DNA of 64,000 nt from Mucispirillum schaedleri (GTDB lineage Bacteria; Chrysiogenota; Deferribacteres; Deferribacterales; Mucispirillaceae). Within the stretch, counting starts at the first letter, position 1, and each line of letters starts with the position of its first letter. This document shows, piece after piece, positions 58,388 to 64,000 of the stretch. The DNA is taken from assembly GCA_949287985.1 (NCBI GenBank), contig CASEIN010000001.1, forward strand, positions 1,051 to 65,050, in the 5' to 3' direction. The position numbers and the translations under genes are program-made. The notes beneath the pieces were generated by a model that saw only the letters and a program-made list of their open reading frames with translations, had not been told where the DNA came from and ran no database searches.

Positions 58388-59683
58388 ATGTTGTATAAAA
58401 TTATATTAATTCTTTTAGTATTTATACCATTTCAAGTATTTAGTGCTGATTTGGATACCACAGTAACAGAAGCATTTGAACTTTACTCTGTTAGTAATTT
58501 TACAGAAGCTGCCCCTATGTTTGAAGAAGCATATTACATGGCAAAGAAAAATTCTGCTAAAGATATTTCAAGCAGGTTTAGAACATCACTTTATGCAGGG
58601 CTTTCATACAGGGGTATTGGTGAGTATGCCCAAGCTAAAGCATGGTTTTTAGTAAGTTTAGCACTGGCAGAAAAAGTGCAGGATTTATATGATATTCCAA
58701 CACTTATTGCATACGTTGCAGAATCAGCTCGTCTAGCAGGTGATATTCACGAGGCAGAAACATACTATACAAAAGCTTTAATGTATGATGATTTAACAGA
58801 TAAAGATAAAGCAGTTTTATATTACGGTCTTGCAGAAACAAACAGGCTCTCAGAACAATATCATTTATCAAAAGAAAACTGTGATAAAGCATTGGATTAT
58901 GCAACAGGCTTAAAACTGCAAAAAATATTATCATCATGCGATATTATTTATGGCGAATTTTATAGAACACACAAAGATTATGCAAAAGCAATGTTTTATT
59001 TTAGCAGAGCAGCAGATACATCAAGGGCAAGAAAGTATGCTGATATTTTAGTGCCTGCATTAAATGGTATGGGCTTAACATCAGAAGCACTGCACAGGCC
59101 AGATGCAGCAAGAGAATATTTTGAGCAGTCATTTTTTGTGGCACTAGAAAATGGAGCTGTAGATAATACAGATATTATTTATAAAAAAATAATGGACTAT
59201 ATGCCTGAAAAGGGCAGCTTTAAATATCAAGGTGATAAATCATATGAGCTTGCAGGCTTAGAATTTTTAGATGATGATACTTCACTTTTACTATACAGCT
59301 TATCAGCACTGTATTACAGGCTTGGCTCAAGATATGTAGAATTATATACTGCTGCAGAAGCAGGTTATAATCTGGCTGAAAACTTATCTAATTCAGATAT
59401 GGCAGCAGAATTTATATATGATATGGCACTATCTTTATATCATGCAAAAGAATATGAAGAATGTGCAGCTAGAAGCGAAGAAGCAGTATCTCGTTTAAAA
59501 TCAACAAATAAGCGTGATTTACTTTCTGATGCTTATTATATACAGGCAGAAAGTTATTATAATCTAGGATATTATAAACAAGCATATTCATCAATGAATA
59601 AAGCTATAAGTTATGCAAAATTAACAGACCATGAAAGATTATATAAACGCTTAAATGAGATTAAAGCAAAAGCTGATAAATAA
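58388..59683 (+). CDS. secreted TPR-repeat protein
   Basis: Signal peptide. Multiple 34-aa TPR-like units (AEAYYMAKK..., YYIQAESYYNLGYYKQAYSSMNKAI). Confidence 0.7.
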   Translation: MLYKIILILLVFIPFQVFSADLDTTVTEAFELYSVSNFTEAAPMFEEAYYMAKKNSAKDISSRFRTSLYAGLSYRGIGEYAQAKAWFLVSLALAEKVQDLYDIPTLIAYVAESARLAGDIHEAETYYTKALMYDDLTDKDKAVLYYGLAETNRLSEQYHLSKENCDKALDYATGLKLQKILSSCDIIYGEFYRTHKDYAKAMFYFSRAADTSRARKYADILVPALNGMGLTSEALHRPDAAREYFEQSFFVALENGAVDNTDIIYKKIMDYMPEKGSFKYQGDKSYELAGLEFLDDDTSLLLYSLSALYYRLGSRYVELYTAAEAGYNLAENLSNSDMAAEFIYDMALSLYHAKEYEECAARSEEAVSRLKSTNKRDLLSDAYYIQAESYYNLGYYKQAYSSMNKAISYAKLTDHERLYKRLNEIKAKADK

Positions 59684-59720
59684 ATATCTGTTGCATTTAT
59701 GCAATAATATCAGTATTTTA

Positions 59721-60395
59721 CTATACACCTGCTATTTTGGCAGTAACTTTTCCTAAAATAGTAATAGTTTCGTCCTGCATTTCTTCAATAGTGTATATTT
59801 GTGTTTCATAATTTTTATTATCAGAAATAACTTTAAGATTACCATCTTTATCTTTATCAAGCCTTTTTACTCTTAAGCCATTAATATTATCTTTAATAAC
59901 GTATACACCATTTAAAGAAAGAGAAAAATTCTTGTCTATTACAACTAAATCATTATCATTTAAAGTGGGAGCCATACTGTCCCCATTAACTTTTACAATT
60001 AACGCATTTTCTGGTGCAATACCTTTTGAATGAAGAAAAGATAGAGGAATAGGAAATGATAATATTTGCCCGTCACTATCCCAGTCCAGCCCTTTTCCAG
60101 CAGATACCCCAATATCCCTGTAAAAGCTAATATATGCAATATCGCTTCCTGTAATAATTTCAGCATTGTTACGGTTGGTATCTTTTAGTTCCTGTATAAA
60201 AGAGCCCATAGGTTCTTTATAAAAATCTGCAATTTTTTGTATAGTTTCTATATTAAGGCTTTTAATCTCACGAGATAAAAATCTTGTAATTGTGCTTGGT
60301 GTTACTTTACCAACTTTCGCAATAGTATTTGCACTAATGTTGTTTTTTTTCATAAACTCTTGTAAATTAAATGCAATTTTGTCATTAATACCCAT
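59721..60395 (-). CDS. XRE-HTH / peptidase S24 repressor (LexA- or CI-like)
   Basis: N-terminal HTH (ISANTIAKVGKVTPSTITRFLS). S24 catalytic dyad context VNGDSMAPTL ... GLRVKRL. Confidence 0.8.
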   Translation of the reverse strand: MGINDKIAFNLQEFMKKNNISANTIAKVGKVTPSTITRFLSREIKSLNIETIQKIADFYKEPMGSFIQELKDTNRNNAEIITGSDIAYISFYRDIGVSAGKGLDWDSDGQILSFPIPLSFLHSKGIAPENALIVKVNGDSMAPTLNDNDLVVIDKNFSLSLNGVYVIKDNINGLRVKRLDKDKDGNLKVISDNKNYETQIYTIEEMQDETITILGKVTAKIAGV

Positions 60396-60431
60396 ATTTT
60401 TTTCCCTATATATTATTTTTAAAAAAAGTTC

Positions 60432-60460
60432 TTGACTTTATTGCGTATTAGCAATATATA
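60432..60460 (+). promoter_or_regulatory. sigma70-like promoter with embedded palindrome (candidate operator)
   Basis: TTGACT (60432-37), 17 nt, TATATA (60455-60). The spacer contains TTGCGTATTAGCAA (60441-60454). Further TTGCA/TGCAA half-sites occur at 60470-60491. Confidence 0.35.
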
Positions 60461-60577
60461 TAATTATAATTGCATTTAAGAAAAAGTGCAAGTGAAAAAT
60501 AATATTAAAAGCAATATAAATTGTTGTTGTATAAATACAGTAGTTTTTATTGCTTTAAAAAACAACCGGAGGAAGTA

Positions 60578-60817
60578 ATGCAGGAAAGTTTTGTAGATGA
60601 AATAATGAATACCATACCTCAGTTTAAGCAGATGCTTACAGTTGATTACATTGCTAGAAAAATTGATTTAAGTGATAGAACTGTAAGGCGATATATTGAA
60701 AATGGAAAGCTTGAAGCATTAAATTTTAGCATTGAAGGAAGAAGTGTTTATAGAATACCTAGAAATGCCTTTAGAAGATTTTTAGAAACATATTATACAA
60801 TGAGAGATTGTCTCTAA
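60578..60817 (+). CDS. excisionase-family (MerR-like HTH_17) DNA-binding protein
   Basis: Start at MQESF (GGAGGAAG SD). LTVDYIARKIDLSDRTVRRYIENGKLEA ... YRIPRNAFRRFLE. Confidence 0.65.
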   Translation: MQESFVDEIMNTIPQFKQMLTVDYIARKIDLSDRTVRRYIENGKLEALNFSIEGRSVYRIPRNAFRRFLETYYTMRDCL

Positions 60818-60891
60818 AATATTCCATATGGTACATTATTATTTATAGACTTTTTAAAATTTTTTTTATATAAGTATATAGAGGGTGCCAT

Positions 60892-61941
60892 ATGGAAATA
60901 TTTAATAACTTAATTGATTTTTTAGAAAGCCATAAATATTTTAAAAATTCATTGTATGATTATACGATTGCATTTTTTATTTTTATTGCAATAATTGTGG
61001 CTATTACACTTTTTATTCACTTTGTTTTAAAGAGAATTAAAATAGATGAAAAGGAAACAAGTCCATTTCTATTTACTTTTTTTTCAATTTTTCGTAAGAG
61101 ATTAGTTTATATTACTTATGCTTTAGCTATATATGGTGCATTAACATACCTTACTACCCCAGAAATTGTTACAAAAATTATAGATAAGGCAGTTATGGTA
61201 TATATTGCACTTATTGTAATATTATCATTAACTGATATTTTTAAAACATATAACGCTACAAGTGCAGCACATACTGGTAAGAATCCAATACCTGCAGGTA
61301 TCTTAACTATCATTAAAGGTATTATATGGATTACTGGTGCTTTATTTATTTTTTCAAATCTTGGTTATAATGTATCAACTTTTGTAACTGGTCTTGGAAT
61401 AGGTGGTATAGCTGTTGCTCTTGCTGCACAAAATATATTAGGTGATTTATTTAACTACCTTGTTATATTATTTGATAAGCCTTTTGCAAAAGGTGATTTA
61501 ATCCAGTTTAATACATCAGTGGGCAGGGTGGAATATGTTGGCATTAAAAGCACAAAAATTAGAAGTGCTAATGGCGAGCTTTTATCCGTTTCCAATACTG
61601 ACCTTACAAAAACAATTATACATAATTTTGAAATGGCAGAAAAAAGGCGTCAGGTAACTATTATTGGTGTTGAATATGAAACAAGTGTGGAAATGCTGCA
61701 CAAAATACCTAAAATATTAGAAGATACTGTAAGGTCTGTCCCTGAAGCAGAGTTTGCACGTGTTCATTTTTCTGCATTTAATTCATCAAGCCTTGATTTT
61801 GAGCTTGTATATTTTATTACAACTAATGATTATGTAGAATATACAAAAGGTGTTCAGAAAGTTAATTTTGCAATATTAGATGCATTTGCAGAAAAAGGTA
61901 TTAATTTTGCATATCCTGCTCAAAGGCTTATAAAGATATAG
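60892..61941 (+). CDS. mechanosensitive ion channel, MscS family
   Basis: TM3/beta-domain signature GLGIGGIAVALAAQNILGDLFNYLVILFDKPFAKGDLI ... GRVEYVGIKSTKIRSANGELLSVSN. Confidence 0.88.
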   Translation: MEIFNNLIDFLESHKYFKNSLYDYTIAFFIFIAIIVAITLFIHFVLKRIKIDEKETSPFLFTFFSIFRKRLVYITYALAIYGALTYLTTPEIVTKIIDKAVMVYIALIVILSLTDIFKTYNATSAAHTGKNPIPAGILTIIKGIIWITGALFIFSNLGYNVSTFVTGLGIGGIAVALAAQNILGDLFNYLVILFDKPFAKGDLIQFNTSVGRVEYVGIKSTKIRSANGELLSVSNTDLTKTIIHNFEMAEKRRQVTIIGVEYETSVEMLHKIPKILEDTVRSVPEAEFARVHFSAFNSSSLDFELVYFITTNDYVEYTKGVQKVNFAILDAFAEKGINFAYPAQRLIKI

Positions 61942-62029
61942 GCAGTATTAAGTAGTTTTTACTTGACGGAAAATTATAATTACTTTAACTTGTTTGCTAT
62001 AATTTAAAAATATAATAATGAGGATTTTA

Positions 62030-63724
62030 ATGTCGTATTTAGCTCTTGCAAGAAAATACAGACCGCAGACATTTACAGAAGTATTATCGCAAGATTTTAT
62101 TATATCAACACTTCAGAATGCTATCAAATTAGGCAGGGTTGCTCATGCTTATCTTTTTACTGGTCCAAGAGGGGTTGGGAAAACTTCCACTGCAAGAATA
62201 TTTGCAAAAGCTTTAAACTGCACAAATCCTATTGATTTTGCTCCATGTGGTCAGTGTGAAAATTGTCTTGAAATTACAGGCGGCACATCTTTAGATGTTA
62301 TAGAAATAGATGGTGCATCTAATAGAGGTGTAGAAGAAATCCGTTCATTAAGGGAGGCTGTAAAGTTTGTCCCTGTTAAAAGTAAATATAAAGTAATAAT
62401 TGTAGATGAAGTGCATATGCTTACAGAGCAGGCTTTTAATGCACTTTTAAAAACATTAGAAGAACCACCAGAGTATGTTATATTTATTTTTGCTACAACA
62501 GACCAGCATAAAATACCTGTTACAATTTTATCCCGCTGCCAGCGTTATGAGTTTAAAAAAATATCATATGATGAAATGAGCAAAAATTTAGAAAATATAT
62601 TAAATATAGAAAATGTAGATTATGAAAAAGATGCATTAAATTATATAATTCGCAATTCTGATGGCTGTATGAGAGATGCGCTTTCTCTTTTAGACCAAGT
62701 GATAGCCTATAGTGGCGGAAATATTACTTTACAGGATACATCATACCTTTTAGGTATTACAGATGCATATATTTCTAATAATATTTTTAGTGCTGTTTTA
62801 AAGGAAGATACTGCAAGCCTGCCAGAATTAATATCTCAAATTGATGAAAAAGGTATTGATTATAAATATATGGCAGAATGTTTAATAGAACATACTAGAA
62901 ATATGCTTTTTATTGCCATTGCAGGAAAATCTCCATCAAACCATATGACAAGCGATGAAGTTGAATTTTATAACAGCTTAAAGCCGTATGGTGAAAAGGG
63001 CAGAATTTATGCATTATTTCAAATTTTCCAAAAACTAGTTAATGATTTAAAATATAGTGATTTTGCTCGTTATGTATTTGAATTTGCCATGTTTAAGGCA
63101 TCTAGTTTATCTGAAATTATATCTATTATTTCTTCAGATAGTAACAGCAGCATGCAAAAGCCTAATAATATGGAATTAGTGAAACATACTGCACAAAAAG
63201 AAGTAAAACCACAAGTTATGCAGGAAGTAAAACAGGAAGTTCATAAAGAGCAGGCATCAAATACAGATGGCATATGGGTTCGTATATTAAATTATATTTC
63301 CAGTAAAAATACTATGCTTTATGGGCTTTTGCAGTATGCAGAAGTGGTGCTTGATACAAAAGAACATATAATTATACGCTTTCCAAGTGACAGGCAGTTT
63401 CAGTATAAAAATATAAAAAATGGACCAATGCATGATACTTTTGAACAAATGGTATTTTTTATAAGTGAATGTAATACTAAAATTAATGTTGAAATAGATG
63501 GAGAAATACCAGAAAAAAAAACTGAAGATTTAGCAGAAAAAAAAACTCTAAATGACGGAAATATTAGTAATAATGCAGAAAATCATGAAAAAAAATACGT
63601 AAAAGCAAGTGTTGTAGAAAGTGTTGCAATACAGAAATTACGTGAGGATATGAAAGAAAACCCCTTTATAAAAGCAGCCATAAGAGATTTAGGTTCAGAA
63701 ATAATAAAAATAGAAAAAGATTAA
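62030..63724 (+). CDS. dnaX: DNA polymerase III subunit tau/gamma
   Basis: Start at MSYLALARKYRPQTF (GAGGA SD). GPRGVGKTS, Zn module CGQCENC, IVDEVHML, SRCQRYEF. Confidence 0.95.
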   Translation: MSYLALARKYRPQTFTEVLSQDFIISTLQNAIKLGRVAHAYLFTGPRGVGKTSTARIFAKALNCTNPIDFAPCGQCENCLEITGGTSLDVIEIDGASNRGVEEIRSLREAVKFVPVKSKYKVIIVDEVHMLTEQAFNALLKTLEEPPEYVIFIFATTDQHKIPVTILSRCQRYEFKKISYDEMSKNLENILNIENVDYEKDALNYIIRNSDGCMRDALSLLDQVIAYSGGNITLQDTSYLLGITDAYISNNIFSAVLKEDTASLPELISQIDEKGIDYKYMAECLIEHTRNMLFIAIAGKSPSNHMTSDEVEFYNSLKPYGEKGRIYALFQIFQKLVNDLKYSDFARYVFEFAMFKASSLSEIISIISSDSNSSMQKPNNMELVKHTAQKEVKPQVMQEVKQEVHKEQASNTDGIWVRILNYISSKNTMLYGLLQYAEVVLDTKEHIIIRFPSDRQFQYKNIKNGPMHDTFEQMVFFISECNTKINVEIDGEIPEKKTEDLAEKKTLNDGNISNNAENHEKKYVKASVVESVAIQKLREDMKENPFIKAAIRDLGSEIIKIEKD

Positions 63725-63744
63725 AAAATATATGAGGTGATTAT

Positions 63745-64000
63745 ATGAATATGCAACAAATTATGCGTCAGGCACAAAAAATGCAGAAAAAAATGGAGGA
63801 AGCTCAAGAAGAAGCAGCAAACCAAGTAGTAGAAGCTAGTGCTGGCGGTGGTATGGTAAGTGTAAAAGTGAATGGTAAGCAGGAACTTTTAGAGATATCA
63901 ATAGAAAAAGATGTTGTTAATCCTGATGATGTTGAAATGTTACAAGATTTAATTGTGGCAGCAGTTAATGAAGGTATGAAAAAATCACAACAAATTATGC
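63745..64000 (+). CDS. ybaB: nucleoid-associated protein YbaB/EbfC (3' end beyond window)
   Basis: MNMQQIMRQAQKMQKKMEEAQEE ... GGGMVSVKVNGKQELLEISI. Canonical position after dnaX. GAGGTGA SD. Confidence 0.9.
   Translation, partial: MNMQQIMRQAQKMQKKMEEAQEEAANQVVEASAGGGMVSVKVNGKQELLEISIEKDVVNPDDVEMLQDLIVAAVNEGMKKSQQIM

Noticed and set aside
63513-63545. Two A9 tracts in dnaX (63513-63521 and 63537-63545) have stops close by in both alternative frames. This could be a site for transcriptional slippage or frameshifting to make a gamma-like product.
   Set aside because: The tracts lie after the C-terminal tau domain V-like region, so truncation would not yield a canonical gamma. A-runs and off-frame stops are expected by chance in DNA this AT-rich.

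Overview
This is an AT-rich chromosomal window from a diderm, chemotactic bacterium. It carries LPS genes (msbA, GT9, GT2, lpxK), an RND pump, an outer-membrane barrel and a c-type cytochrome. I cannot assign a taxon from sequence alone. Every functional call was made by eye from motifs, architecture and gene context; no database or HMM search was possible.

Core blocks:
- two Cache-type MCP genes (1.2-5.1 kb)
- ispG, a TroABCD-type metal ABC importer, a Nudix hydrolase, hemW, a small tetrahaem cytochrome, LPS export/core genes and an aminotransferase (8.4-21.3 kb)
- an AcrAB-like RND pair (38.2-42.5 kb)
- pheST (53.3-56.7 kb)
- MscS, dnaX and ybaB (60.9-64 kb)

Accessory material between them:
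- a decayed lemA
- an intact but orphan phage-like adaptor/nozzle-type gene trio (5.2-8.2 kb)
- a 640-bp noncoding array of degenerate 31/62/124-bp repeats bracketed by 35-bp direct repeats (21.3-22.0 kb)
- a lipoprotein made almost entirely of PATD pentapeptide repeats
- an 8-kb block of polytopic membrane paralogs, a membrane-anchored ankyrin protein and three tandem Cys-containing paralogs (23.6-31.7 kb)
- GNAT and Sel1 genes, and a secreted M23-like protein followed by two paralogous periplasmic proteins (32-35.6 kb)
- an orphan lysis cassette: spanin-like proteins, a holin and a T5-type M15 endolysin (36.2-37.9 kb)
- three XpaC-like genes (one decayed) plus telA
- a RelE/RHH toxin-antitoxin pair
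- an operon encoding a cNMP-CBS-DUF294 nucleotidyltransferase, a NYN/OST-HTH nuclease and a GNAT
- a DUF815 ATPase with a DinI-like gene
- secreted ANK+Sel1 and TPR proteins
- a divergent S24-repressor / excisionase-type HTH pair with no prophage

The signals I rate most unusual:
1. A perfect ~50-bp duplication of the endolysin 5' end brackets a 183-bp, hairpin-rich insert. The right end of that insert resembles the right end of the 21.8-kb repeat locus.
2. The NTase/NYN/GNAT operon.
3. Phage structural and lysis modules are dispersed, as in gene-transfer-agent or domesticated-phage layouts.
4. A metal permease is fused to a DtxR-type HTH.
5. A DN-x-S/T sequon-like motif recurs in the exported parts of several proteins.

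I found no rRNA, tRNA, CRISPR array, transposase or integrase.
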